64,000 bases of DNA from Acidobacteriota bacterium. GTDB lineage: Bacteria; Acidobacteriota; UBA890; WLXD01. The DNA is taken from NCBI GenBank assembly GCA_963666215.2, contig CAXWPL010000004.1, positions 160,001 to 224,000 of the forward strand, given 5' to 3'. This document shows positions 18,954 to 28,574 of this stretch, piece by piece; the stretch's first letter is position 1, and every line of letters starts with the position of its first letter. Both the position numbers and the translations under genes were made by a program. Under the pieces are notes generated by a model. The model was not told where the DNA came from. It worked only from the letters and a program-made list of their open reading frames with translations, and ran no database searches.

Positions 18954-21755
18954 TCAGAAGTTGATCCGCGCCCCGATCCGGAAGACCCGCGGCGGCAGCA
19001 CCGCGATCGGCGTTCCGAGATTGCCACCGGTGGTCGTGCCCTCCACCAGGATGTTGTTGGCATTGAGCGCGTTGAAGCCATCGATCATCGCCTCGACATC
19101 GACGTTCCCGACCCGGAAGGTCTTGGCCAACCTCAGGTCGAGGATGTTGGTTGCGTCCTGTCGGAACGATCCGTTCTCCTCTACCCGAATGTTGTAGAAG
19201 GAGCCGGTGGTCTGATCCGCGACCAGAAGGGTGCGAGCCATGTTGTTGGCGCGGCCGTCAACGTTACGGCCGCCCGAGTACCGGTACGCGAACCCGAGGT
19301 TGATGTCGTACGGCGCCACATAGTAGCCGGAGACGCGACCGTGGAGCGCCGTGTCGAGCCCGTGGGCACCGTAGGGGAAGATCTCCCGAGTGTTCCGGTC
19401 CGAGAAGCCGCCGATGCGGCCGTACTTGTCGGAGATCGTCGCCGAGGCGGTCACCATCCAAGTTCCGTCGAAGCGACGGGTGTAGATGAAATCGACGCCG
19501 TGGTAGCGGTTGTAGTTGTCCTCCTGGTTGGTCAGCGTGGGCACGTTGTCGGCACCGACGAACGCCGGGTCGATCGACCAGTACTCGACCGTGCTGCTCG
19601 TGATCGGATCGACGGCGGTGCTCGGGATGTTCCAGGCCGAGGACGGGATTCCATCCCAGGTCTGGGCCCAGAGATTGTTGTTCTTTCGGTACGTGAAACG
19701 GGCCGAGAGCGAGCTTCGCCGGGTGAGCTCGCGCTCGATCGAGAGGTTGAACTCGTCGGCGTGCGGACTCCTGAAGTCGTCCGCCATCCGTCGGCTGCTG
19801 GTCAGCTCGACGATGCCCGTGGTGTTGAACTCGTCCGGGAAGTCCGCGACGTCGTTGCCGTTGAGATCGTTCCACGGGGCCGCCGCGCTGGCATTGACCC
19901 TACGGATCCCGTAGCTGTGGATGTCAGCGTTGTCGATCCCGAAGTAGTAGCGTCCGAAGCTGCCCTTGACCACGGTCTGGCCCGTGCCCATGAGGTCCCA
20001 GGCAAAGCCGACCCGCGGCGACAAGGTCGTCCAGCCGGCGATGCCGTCCTGCGGCTCTACTGGCGGCTGCTCCGAGAAGAAGACGCCGATCCAAGGCCCC
20101 GTCTGGGCCTTCTGCTCCGGGATGTTGGCGTTGTGTTTCTCGACGCGGACGCCGAGGTTCAGCGTCAGGTTGCCGATGCGCACATCGTCCTGGACGTAGC
20201 CCATCCACACCTGCTGGTAGCTGTTGGCCTCGACCGGGTGGTTGCGCACGCTCACCCGGAAGGGCACGCCGTCGGCGTACTGGCGCTCCAGCGCGCCGTT
20301 CGACGAACTGCGCGTGTAGTAGGAGCTGCGCCGGTGCTCGACCCCGAACTTCAGGTCGTGCGAGGCGCCCAGCATGTCGTCATTGAACAACGTGTAGTTG
20401 GTGCCCATCGTCCACAGGTGGGCAATCGCCCTGAACTCGATTCTCGCCGCTCCAAACCGGTGTCCCGTGACGACGTCGACGGCCGTCGTGGTATCACCGA
20501 CTCCTGTCTGGTAGTTCAACGGGAAGGGCGAGTTGCCGTAGCCGATGTAGGCGTCCAAGAACCCCGTGTTGCCGAAAACGCGGTTGTACTTGGCCTGCAG
20601 CGCGAAGTAGCGGTAGGCTTCGATCCAGGTCGCCTCTGAGGCCACGAACTGGCCGACGTTTCGGGTCGGCCGGTCGTACCACTGGCGCTCGCCGTACAGC
20701 ATGACCGTGCTCGCGTCGTCGGGCCGAGCGGTGATCTTCGCGTTGACGTTCTTGATCGTCACGCCGTCGGTGCAGGGTACCCCTTCGGGCGTGATGCAGT
20801 TGAGCTTGATCGGGAATACGGCGTACGAGCGACCCCCGGTGTAGAACCACGCCCTGTCACGCTTGATCGGGCCACCCAGGTTCAGGGTGGCCAGTTTGAT
20901 GTAGTCCACGCCACCGGCAGAGCTGGTGACGCCGGCCTTGCGGAGATCGTCGTCGATATTGCTCGACTGTAGGCTGTCGTTCTCGAGCATGCCCTGGAGC
21001 ATGCCGTGGAAGTCGTTGCCGCCGTCCCTCACCACGGCGTTGATGATGACGCCGCCCTTCGAGTACTCGGCGGTGATGCCGGCGGTCGTGAACTGGATCT
21101 CCTCGAAGGCGTCCGTGTTGTAGTAGCCGAGCCCGATCCCGTGCTCGAACAGCGTCATGTCCATGCCGTTGATGTTGTACTGCTGCTGCTCGCGCTCCGA
21201 GCCGTGTACCTCGAAGGCGTCGAGCATGACGCTGCCGCTGCCGCCGACGTTCTCACGGTTGGTCTGCATCCCCGGAACCTGCTGGATGTACGACCACACG
21301 TCCATCGCCGAGGGAATTTCCTGGAGCTGATCCTCGCCCCAGGTGAAATCGGAGGAGGAGTTCGCGAGGTCGATGATCGGCGCCTCACCGGTAACGGTGA
21401 GGGTCTCCGCGACACCGGCGAGCTCGAGCAGCGCGTCGAACGTCAGGGTGCTAGCGACGTGGACTCCGATGTCCGCTACCTGAACCGTCCTGAAGCCGGT
21501 CAGGGTCACCAGGAGCTCGTACGTGCCCGGGGGCAGACCGGGAAACCGATAGATACCCGCGAGCGTCGTCGTCGCCGTCCGAGTCCCTCCCAGGAGCGCC
21601 TCGCTGCTCAACGTCACCGTGACCCCGGGCAGTGCCGCCCCGTCAGGATCTGTAATGATCCCTCGGATGGCTCCGGTATCCCGGCCTTGCGCGAGCGCCA
21701 CGCTCGCGACACTGAGAATGAGCAAACAACAGAACAAGCATCGGGCCGTTCGCAT
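18954..21755 (-). CDS. TonB-dependent receptor 2, copy B
   Basis: Identical to copy A except one L/V residue near the C terminus. Confidence 0.9.
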   Translation of the reverse strand: MRTARCLFCCLLILSVASVALAQGRDTGAIRGIITDPDGAALPGVTVTLSSEALLGGTRTATTTLAGIYRFPGLPPGTYELLVTLTGFRTVQVADIGVHVASTLTFDALLELAGVAETLTVTGEAPIIDLANSSSDFTWGEDQLQEIPSAMDVWSYIQQVPGMQTNRENVGGSGSVMLDAFEVHGSEREQQQYNINGMDMTLFEHGIGLGYYNTDAFEEIQFTTAGITAEYSKGGVIINAVVRDGGNDFHGMLQGMLENDSLQSSNIDDDLRKAGVTSSAGGVDYIKLATLNLGGPIKRDRAWFYTGGRSYAVFPIKLNCITPEGVPCTDGVTIKNVNAKITARPDDASTVMLYGERQWYDRPTRNVGQFVASEATWIEAYRYFALQAKYNRVFGNTGFLDAYIGYGNSPFPLNYQTGVGDTTTAVDVVTGHRFGAARIEFRAIAHLWTMGTNYTLFNDDMLGASHDLKFGVEHRRSSYYTRSSSNGALERQYADGVPFRVSVRNHPVEANSYQQVWMGYVQDDVRIGNLTLNLGVRVEKHNANIPEQKAQTGPWIGVFFSEQPPVEPQDGIAGWTTLSPRVGFAWDLMGTGQTVVKGSFGRYYFGIDNADIHSYGIRRVNASAAAPWNDLNGNDVADFPDEFNTTGIVELTSSRRMADDFRSPHADEFNLSIERELTRRSSLSARFTYRKNNNLWAQTWDGIPSSAWNIPSTAVDPITSSTVEYWSIDPAFVGADNVPTLTNQEDNYNRYHGVDFIYTRRFDGTWMVTASATISDKYGRIGGFSDRNTREIFPYGAHGLDTALHGRVSGYYVAPYDINLGFAYRYSGGRNVDGRANNMARTLLVADQTTGSFYNIRVEENGSFRQDATNILDLRLAKTFRVGNVDVEAMIDGFNALNANNILVEGTTTGGNLGTPIAVLPPRVFRIGARINF

Positions 21756-21843
21756 CTGGGGCCTCCCCCGCAGTAGATCCCCAGCGAGCCCGAGACGGCC
21801 GTCCGCGATCCCAGGCATGCCAGGGTAATAATTAGTCAAAGGT

Positions 21844-21873
21844 GTTTTACTGACTCGTTAGTCTATGTGTCAA
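21844..21873 (-). promoter_or_regulatory. Sigma70-like promoter of TBDR2-B with palindromic operator
   Basis: TTGACA (21873-21868), N18, TAAAAC (21849-21844). ACTGAC-TC-GTTAGT at 21849-21862. Confidence 0.6.
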
Positions 21874-21905
21874 GAGGAGTGGCCCAAGTTGCGCATTTCT
21901 GATAG

Positions 21906-21929
21906 AAAATTGACCGGTCGGTCGATTTT
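21906..21929. promoter_or_regulatory. TetR-like palindromic operator upstream of the SDR gene
   Basis: AAAATTGACCG-GT-CGGTCGATTTT near-perfect inverted repeat in the divergent promoter region. Confidence 0.6.
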
Positions 21930-21982
21930 TCTTGACCTTGGCCGCCGGGACGGCCCTCTTTCGTTCACAGCGAGCACAGCCG

Positions 21983-22750
21983 ATGCGATCTGAGCTTCTT
22001 CAGGGCAAGACGGCGCTGATCACTGGCGGCGCTCGTGGAATCGGCCAGGCCGTTGCGAGACGCTTCAGTGCGGAGGGCGCGACGGTTGCTCTGATCGATC
22101 TGCCCGCCTCCAAGCTTGCCGAGACCGCCCGGGAATTGCAGGCATCGAACGGCGCCACGGTCCACGCCATCGAGGCGGACCTCCGGAACATCGACAACCT
22201 CTGTGGAGCGGTTGCGGAGACCGTCGAGCGACTCGGCAGGATCGACGTACTCGTGAACAACGCCGGCATCGCGCCGGAGCTGCCTTTCCTCGAGACCGGT
22301 CCCGAGCAATACGACCAGATCATGGCGGTAAACGCCCGTGGTTCCTTCTTTTGCGCCCAGCAGGTCGCACGGCACATGATCGGCAACGGCGGCGGCAGCA
22401 TCGTGCAGATCGCGTCGATCTGTGCGTTTCCGGCCGGCGCGCTCCGGAACTATGCCGCCTACAACATGTCGAAGGCAGCGGTCCGCCAGATGGCCGCAAG
22501 CCTGGCCAACGAGCTCGCCCGTCACTCCATTCGAGTCAACGCTGTCGCCCCTGGCAGCATCGACACCGAGTTGACGCGCAGCCTTCTGCCAACGTCCAAG
22601 AAGCAGGAGGAGGTGGTGCGGACAATCCCGATGAGGCGGCTGGGGCAGCCTCGAGAGATCGCCGCCGCCTGCGCCTTTCTCGCCTCCGACGAGGCCAGCT
22701 ACATCACCGGGGAGACACTGCTTGTCGACGGCGGCTGGCGGGTCACGTGA
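21983..22750 (+). CDS. SDR family NAD(P)-dependent oxidoreductase
   Basis: TGGARGIG, VNNAGI, YNMSK, and ASYITGETLLVDGG motifs. Confidence 0.93.
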   Translation: MRSELLQGKTALITGGARGIGQAVARRFSAEGATVALIDLPASKLAETARELQASNGATVHAIEADLRNIDNLCGAVAETVERLGRIDVLVNNAGIAPELPFLETGPEQYDQIMAVNARGSFFCAQQVARHMIGNGGGSIVQIASICAFPAGALRNYAAYNMSKAAVRQMAASLANELARHSIRVNAVAPGSIDTELTRSLLPTSKKQEEVVRTIPMRRLGQPREIAAACAFLASDEASYITGETLLVDGGWRVT

Positions 22751-23937
22751 ACCTCGGACGCGACCGCCTCGCCCACCGCCTCGACGAGGTCCCCGTCTCG
22801 GGAATACGTCGCGTCGTGCAGGCGCTGACCGATTGGCAGTCCACGCACGACGAGGAGGCCATCCCTTTCCACCTGGGGATGCCCGACTTCGATACCCCTC
22901 GGCACATCAAGGCAGCCCTCACGAGCGCGCTCGACGCTGGCTTCGTCGGCTACACCGCCAGCCGCGGTATTCCGGAGTTGCGCCAGGCGATCGCCAACAA
23001 GCTGGCGCGCGACAACGACATGGAGGTCGATCCCACCAGTGAGATCGTCGTCACGTGCGGCGCCAACGAGGCGATCAGCGCCGCGATCACCGCGACGATC
23101 GACCCGGGAGACGAGGTGATCGTCCCCGACCCGGCGTGGCCCCACTACGTGTACTGCCTGCGGATGGCCGGCGCGGTGCCGGTCTACTGCAAGCTGTCGG
23201 AGGCCGACGGGTTCGCGATGTCTCCGGAAGCCGTCGCCGAGTGCTGGTCGGAGCGCACCCGAATGGTGATCCTCAACTCACCCCACAACCCGACCGGGGC
23301 GGTGATGTCACGGGCCCAGATCGAGGCCATCGCCACAATGGCCAAGGAGCGCGGCGCCTGGCTGTTGTCGGACGAGCCCTACGAATACATCCTGTTCGAC
23401 GACCAGCACGTCAGCCCGGCCTCGCTACCGGGGATGCACTCGACCGTGCTGACCGTGGGGTGCCTGTCCAAGACGTATGCCATGACCGGGTGGCGCCTGG
23501 GCTGGCTCTGTGGCCCGCCGGAAGTCGTTGATGCCGTGAACCGCGTTCATCTGTATACCGTCACCTGTGCCGTCTCGTTCGTGCAGAAGGCGGCGATCGC
23601 CGCCCTCGCCGAGAGTCAGCAATGCGTCACCGACATGGTCGCCGAGTACCGTCGCCGTCGCGACCTGGTCGTAGCCTTGTTGCAGGAGATCCCGGGGGTT
23701 GAAATCGCGGCGCCGGCCGGCGCGTTCTACGCCTTTCCCAACGTCAGCGCCTTCGGTCTGCCATCGGAGGATCTGGCGATGCGCCTGGTTCAGGAGTGCG
23801 GCGTCGGCGCCGTCCACGGAACCGCCTTTGGCGACGCCGGCGAGGGCTACCTTCGGCTGGCCTTCACCTGCTCGGAGCAACACATCCGCGAGGGCGTCAG
23901 CCGCATGCGAGCCCTGCTCGGTGGGCTCGACCACTGA
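22747..23937 (+). CDS. PLP-dependent aminotransferase class I/II (AspAT-like)
   Basis: GMPDFDTP, NSPHNPTG, SDEPY, and SKTYAMTGWRLG motifs; GTG start overlaps the SDR stop (GTGA). Confidence 0.92.
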   Translation: MNLGRDRLAHRLDEVPVSGIRRVVQALTDWQSTHDEEAIPFHLGMPDFDTPRHIKAALTSALDAGFVGYTASRGIPELRQAIANKLARDNDMEVDPTSEIVVTCGANEAISAAITATIDPGDEVIVPDPAWPHYVYCLRMAGAVPVYCKLSEADGFAMSPEAVAECWSERTRMVILNSPHNPTGAVMSRAQIEAIATMAKERGAWLLSDEPYEYILFDDQHVSPASLPGMHSTVLTVGCLSKTYAMTGWRLGWLCGPPEVVDAVNRVHLYTVTCAVSFVQKAAIAALAESQQCVTDMVAEYRRRRDLVVALLQEIPGVEIAAPAGAFYAFPNVSAFGLPSEDLAMRLVQECGVGAVHGTAFGDAGEGYLRLAFTCSEQHIREGVSRMRALLGGLDH

Positions 23938-23947
23938 CCCTCTGCGC

Positions 23948-25537
23948 TCACTGCGGCGGGTTGCCGTGGCGCCGGCTCGGCAGCTCCACCTGCTTGTTCT
24001 CGAGCGCTGCCAGCGAACGTATCAACACCTGGCGGGTGTCTCGCGGATCGATGATGTCGTCAACGAAGTCGAACCGGTAGTTCTCTGCGAGCTTGAAGAT
24101 GTCGATGTAGGTCTCGCGATACTCGGCGCAGCGGGCCTCCAACACCTGCCGCTCCTCGGCGGAATCGGCCGCCGCCTTGACGTCCTTGGACCAGATCACC
24201 GCCGCTGCCGACTCCGGGCCCATGATCGAGATTTCCGCCGTCGGCCAGGCGAAGGAGAAATCAGCGCCCATCGTCTTGGATCCCATCACCACGTTGCCAC
24301 CGCCGTAGGAGCGACGCACGATCACCGAGATCTTGGGCACGGTGGCGCACGCGTATCCGTAGAGCAACTTGGCGCCGTGGCGCAAGATCCCCTTGTCTTC
24401 CCAGTCGCGGCCGACGACGAATCCGGGCGTGTCGACGAGCGTGACAATGGGGATGTTGAAGGCGCTGCAGAACGTCATCAGCCGCATGTACTTGTCGGAG
24501 CTGTCGTTCTCCATCACCCCGCCCATCTCCTCGGGGTTGTTGGCGATCAGCCCAACGCTGCGACCCCCGAGCCGGCACAGCCCGGTGATGATGTTCGGCG
24601 CGAACTCGTCCTTGAGCTCCAGAAAGCTATCCCTGTCGACGATGCAGTCGATGATCTCGTGCATGTCGTACGTCATCCGCGGCGAGTCCGGGAGAATCTC
24701 GAGAAGCGCTGCGTCCCTGCGATTCGACGGGTCCTGCGTGTCGACGACCGGAGGCGGCTCGCCGCTGTGCTGCGGCATGTACGAGAGCAGACGCTTGGCC
24801 TGTTCCAGAGCGTCATGGTCGTCGGCGGCGATGAGGTCGCACTGCCCGGCAGCCATGTTCGAGAATGCTGAGCCTACGATGGAATCGTCGATGTCTTCCC
24901 CAGTCGCCGCCTGGGTCAGCCGAGGGCCGCCGAGCCACATGTAGGCTGTGCGCTCGGTCATGATCAGGAAGTCGGAGAGCATCGGCGAGTAGCCCTGGCC
25001 CGCCGCGCATGGACCCATCAGAACCTGAATCTGCGGCACGACGCCTGAATAGACCGACTGATTGATGAAGATCTGATTGAACGGCCGGCTCAAAGCACTG
25101 CCCTCGTGCAATCGGGCTCCGGCTGAGTCGAGCATGCCCACCACCGGCACGCGCAGCTTCCCGGCCAAACCGACAATCGCGGCGATCTTGGCGGCGTGAC
25201 TCTCACCGGCGCTGCCGGCGAGAATCGTGAAATCGGTGCAATAGCAGCAGACCTGACGACCAGCGACGTCGCCGTAGCCGGTGATCACGCCGTCGGCAGG
25301 CGTGTGTCGCTCCCGCATGCCGAAATCGACGTTCTGGGAGCGCACGAGTCCCCCCAGCTCGACGAAGGTCCCTGCATCGTAGAAGGCCTCGATGCGCTCG
25401 CGCGCGGTGGCCTTGCCACGATCGTGCTGCTTGGCCACCGCCTTTTCGCCGCCCATGCCGGACTGCTCTGCCTTGCGCTCGCGGAGCTTCTGAAGCAGAC
25501 GGTCCATGGGCCTCGCTTTGTCGTCGATCGAGCTCAT
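23948..25537 (-). CDS. Acyl-CoA carboxylase carboxyltransferase (beta) subunit, PccB-like
   Basis: QHDRGKATARERI, DSAGARLHEG, VDTPGF, RRSYGGG, and C-terminal RRHGNPP motifs. Confidence 0.92.
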   Translation of the reverse strand: MSSIDDKARPMDRLLQKLRERKAEQSGMGGEKAVAKQHDRGKATARERIEAFYDAGTFVELGGLVRSQNVDFGMRERHTPADGVITGYGDVAGRQVCCYCTDFTILAGSAGESHAAKIAAIVGLAGKLRVPVVGMLDSAGARLHEGSALSRPFNQIFINQSVYSGVVPQIQVLMGPCAAGQGYSPMLSDFLIMTERTAYMWLGGPRLTQAATGEDIDDSIVGSAFSNMAAGQCDLIAADDHDALEQAKRLLSYMPQHSGEPPPVVDTQDPSNRRDAALLEILPDSPRMTYDMHEIIDCIVDRDSFLELKDEFAPNIITGLCRLGGRSVGLIANNPEEMGGVMENDSSDKYMRLMTFCSAFNIPIVTLVDTPGFVVGRDWEDKGILRHGAKLLYGYACATVPKISVIVRRSYGGGNVVMGSKTMGADFSFAWPTAEISIMGPESAAAVIWSKDVKAAADSAEERQVLEARCAEYRETYIDIFKLAENYRFDFVDDIIDPRDTRQVLIRSLAALENKQVELPSRRHGNPPQ

Positions 25538-25630
25538 GGTGGTCCTCGCCGGTTCGCGGATCGCGCCGGTTTCGATATGGCGATCAGTCTGACGTCCCTC
25601 GTCCGCGGCGCCGCTCGGCTTCCACCCGAC

Positions 25631-25954
25631 TCAGTCGTCGATGCTCAGCACGAGGCGCAGCAGATTGGGGCCGTAGGCCTTGCCAGTTTGGTCCATCATC
25701 AAGGTCTGAGTGGCGCCACCGCCCAGGGCCTGCGTCATGACGAACTCGAGCGACTCGAGATTGTCCATGGGGTAGCAGGTTACCTCGCCCTTGACGATTC
25801 CCCTGAAATGCTCGCGGACCACCGCGGCCGTGAGGTGCTTCTTCAGGAGCGCATAGCACTCCGAGTCCTTGGCCATCACACCGATGTTGATGACGTCACC
25901 CTTGTCGCCCGAGCGTGCGTAGGCGATTTCACGCAGCTGAACCGTACGAGCCAT
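25631..25954 (-). CDS. AtuA-related small ferredoxin-fold protein
   Basis: LREIAYARSGDKGD...ALGGG...DQTGKAYG; ATG overlaps the upstream TGA. Confidence 0.85.
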   Translation of the reverse strand: MARTVQLREIAYARSGDKGDVINIGVMAKDSECYALLKKHLTAAVVREHFRGIVKGEVTCYPMDNLESLEFVMTQALGGGATQTLMMDQTGKAYGPNLLRLVLSIDD

Positions 25955-27321
25955 CACGCCACCTCCGTGATCTCTACCCGCTGCGGCACGAGCTCGCGGG
26001 GAATCAACGTTGGCCACAGGGTCACAATCTCTCGCGGCGGTGGCGGCATGATCACCGCCGTCATGCCGAGAGGACCGTGGGTCCACAGGTGGGTCACTTC
26101 GCGCCGCACGAGGTTCGCGTTCTCCTTGCTGTCGGTGCGCACCGCCAGGCGCACGCGGATCTCGTTCACGTCCTCCAGATCGGCCGGCATCTTCGAAAGC
26201 GACCCGTGGATCGAGTTCAGCCCGATGTAGTCGAAGCGGATCTCCCGGATCGGGAGACCGATCTCGCGGAAGCGACCTCTGAGGAAGCTCTCGCAGAACT
26301 GGGCCTTCTCGTAGGCGTCGGGCCAGCAGGCGGTGATCTCGGACTGCCCTACCCAGCCGTCCCGGTAGCCGATCGTGAGCTTCAGCATGTCGGGCTTGGG
26401 CTTGCCGCGAAAGCCGGTGACCTTGACTCGGTCCTTGCCAACGGTCTCCAGCTTGATTCCGGTCAGGTCGCTGATGCCATCGGCCATGATGTAGTTGGCA
26501 GGATCGTGAACCTCGTAGACCAGGTGCTCCTTGACGGTCCATTCGGTGACCATCCGCCCACTGCCCTCGGCCTTGGTGATGATCGCGTCACCGTTCTCGT
26601 AGACCTCGGCGATGGGGAAGGCCACCCGCCACGGCTCCTCGATCTCCTTCCAGAAGTTCGACATACCTCCGGCGCAGCCCGACGAGCACTCGATGATGTG
26701 CCCGATCGCGATGGCCGCGCCCATCAGATCCGGGTCGTCGAGCGACCAGCCGAGCTCCTGGACCATCGGCGCCAGATGAGCCGAGCTGTCGGTGGCGCGC
26801 CCGGTGATGACGAGGTCCGCGCCCGCAGCCAGCGCCTCCACCTGGCCCTCAGCACCGATGTAGACATTCGCCTGCAAGATGTCGGCGGCGATACGATCGA
26901 TGTTCTCCTCGCCGGTCTCCATATTGGCGAACTGCAGGCCCTGATCCCGGAAATCCTGCAGGCGATCGAGAACGTCGTCACCGAGGACCGTGGCGATCTT
27001 CATGCCCTCGAGGCCCAGCCGCTTCGCCAGGCCCGTCGCCGCCTTCCCGGCCGCCTCGACGTTGGCGCCCCCGGCGTTGGTACACATGCGGATGCCGGCC
27101 GGTTGCGTAATCGGGAGCAGCCGCTCCATCCAAGGGATCAGGTCCGGTATGTAGCCGTACTCGGGCCGCTTCGCCTTGATCTTGTTGAGGATCGACATCG
27201 TCAGCTCGGCCAGGTGGTCGAACCCGAGGTACTGGACGTTTCCCTTCTCGACGAGCTCCACCGCCGGGTCGAGCATGTCGCCCCACGAGGCGGAGCCACA
27301 GCCGATGCGAACTTTCTTCAT
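25954..27321 (-). CDS. atuA: Acyclic terpene utilization AtuA family protein (DUF1446)
   Basis: RIGCGSASWGD, DHLAELTMS, TNAGGAN, ANVYIGA, ITGRATD, EHLVYEVHDPANY motifs. Confidence 0.88.
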   Translation of the reverse strand: MKKVRIGCGSASWGDMLDPAVELVEKGNVQYLGFDHLAELTMSILNKIKAKRPEYGYIPDLIPWMERLLPITQPAGIRMCTNAGGANVEAAGKAATGLAKRLGLEGMKIATVLGDDVLDRLQDFRDQGLQFANMETGEENIDRIAADILQANVYIGAEGQVEALAAGADLVITGRATDSSAHLAPMVQELGWSLDDPDLMGAAIAIGHIIECSSGCAGGMSNFWKEIEEPWRVAFPIAEVYENGDAIITKAEGSGRMVTEWTVKEHLVYEVHDPANYIMADGISDLTGIKLETVGKDRVKVTGFRGKPKPDMLKLTIGYRDGWVGQSEITACWPDAYEKAQFCESFLRGRFREIGLPIREIRFDYIGLNSIHGSLSKMPADLEDVNEIRVRLAVRTDSKENANLVRREVTHLWTHGPLGMTAVIMPPPPREIVTLWPTLIPRELVPQRVEITEVA

Positions 27322-27372
27322 AGCGTGAATCTCCTGAAAAGACCGAGGCGTCAGCTTCGGGTTGGGACGCCA

Positions 27373-27392
27373 ATTATACTGATTGGACAGTA
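27373..27392 (-). promoter_or_regulatory. -10 TATAAT with overlapping palindrome TACTG-N6-CAGTA upstream of atuA
   Basis: ATTATA at 27373-27378 reads TATAAT on the minus strand; TACTGATTGGACAGTA at 27377-27392. Confidence 0.55.
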
Positions 27393-27608
27393 GAATGCAC
27401 TACGCTAACGCCCCGCTCGCTCTCGAGGAGGCCGGGATTCCAGACGGTAGAACTTCTTGCGCCGCCCCCCAGAACTGTATTGGGACCAGGGTGGGCGTCC
27501 CCGGCAGCGCGATAATCAAAGCATCCGATGCCCCGAGACGTCAAATGGGGCCGCAGAAAGAGTCCGCGATTGTCGGACGTTGACCTCCATAGACCGCGCC
27601 CCGCGGAT

Positions 27609-28563
27609 TCATTCAACGAGCGGGTTCGGCCCGCGAACATGCGCCTGTACCGCCTCGATCACGGGTCGCAAGCGGACCGGCCACCCACGAGGTGTTTCCG
27701 GCGTCTGGCGGATCCGCGCCGAGACTATCGCCAACACGATTCCCGACTCGCTATCCCACGCCAGGTAGTCGCCAGTAACCTCGGGCCTACCGGGCCCGGT
27801 TCCGAGTGCTGTCGCCCAGGTCGGCGCCGCTGCCGGCCACAGGTCAGCGTCGGTATTCGTCCAGGTCATGTACCCGTAGGGGCTCTCGGCAAAATCATCC
27901 ACGCGCAGCTCGGTGGGACCATCGTTGGCGTTGTCGAAGTTCGGGATCACGCCATACGTTTGCTTGGTGGCCATCGCCGCGGCGAAGCCCTCGGCGAGGA
28001 GCCTCCGGTCGCGCCACACACCGTCGTTGATCATCAACAGGCCAAAGCGCCCCGGATCCTCGAGATCGAGCGACAGGGCCACGCCGTCGGCCCCGATGCT
28101 GGTGCTCCAGCCGGTTGCACCCATGCCGTTCATGAACGATTTCTGCAGGACCCGCTCGTAGTCTTGTCGATAGTCGGCGAGGCCCCAAACCCGCGCCAGT
28201 GCCAAGCACAGGGCATGAGCGTTGGCGTCGGAGTACGCCCACAGCGTGCCCGGCTTCAGCTGCGGCTCGTCGAACGCGGTCGTCTGCGTCAACACATGGC
28301 GCCAGGTGGCTTCGGCATTGTTGCCCGAAAGCTCGGGAATCCACCTGCGCAGGGGCTCGTCCAGGCTCGCGATTCGGCCCTGGTGCAGCGCCGCACCGAC
28401 CGTGGCCGCATGGAAGGTCTTGCGCACCGATCGCACCATGGTTCGATCGGTGAACGAGCCGTTCACGTGTGCTCCGCTCCTCAGAGCAGCCCGTCATCCC
28501 GATGCCGATCAGCACCAGGATCAGCGCCGGCCGGGTCAGCGCAGGAGCAGGGGCAGATCTCAT
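27609..28563 (-). pseudogene. Serine hydrolase (beta-lactamase-like) lipoprotein, disrupted
   Basis: SVRK (SxxK), HVLTQT, PGTLWAYS, and YGYMTW motifs. The signal peptide (...MTGC) is in a different frame, with a break near 28470. Confidence 0.65.
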
Positions 28564-28574
28564 TCGGGTGAGCT

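Larger units (their letters stand above)
16498..21851. repeat. Direct duplication copy B (intact S9 + TBDR2)
   Basis: Counterpart of copy A; starts at the shared GGTCCTCTTGTCAAGC. Confidence 0.92.

Noticed and set aside
10-21851. Diversity-generating retroelement or shufflon as the explanation for the repeats
   Set aside because: No reverse transcriptase or recombinase in the window, no adenine-specific mismatch pattern noticed, and all copies are direct, full-length paralogs.
12475-21851. IS- or transposon-mediated duplication
   Set aside because: No transposase, terminal inverted repeats or target-site duplication seen at the breakpoints.
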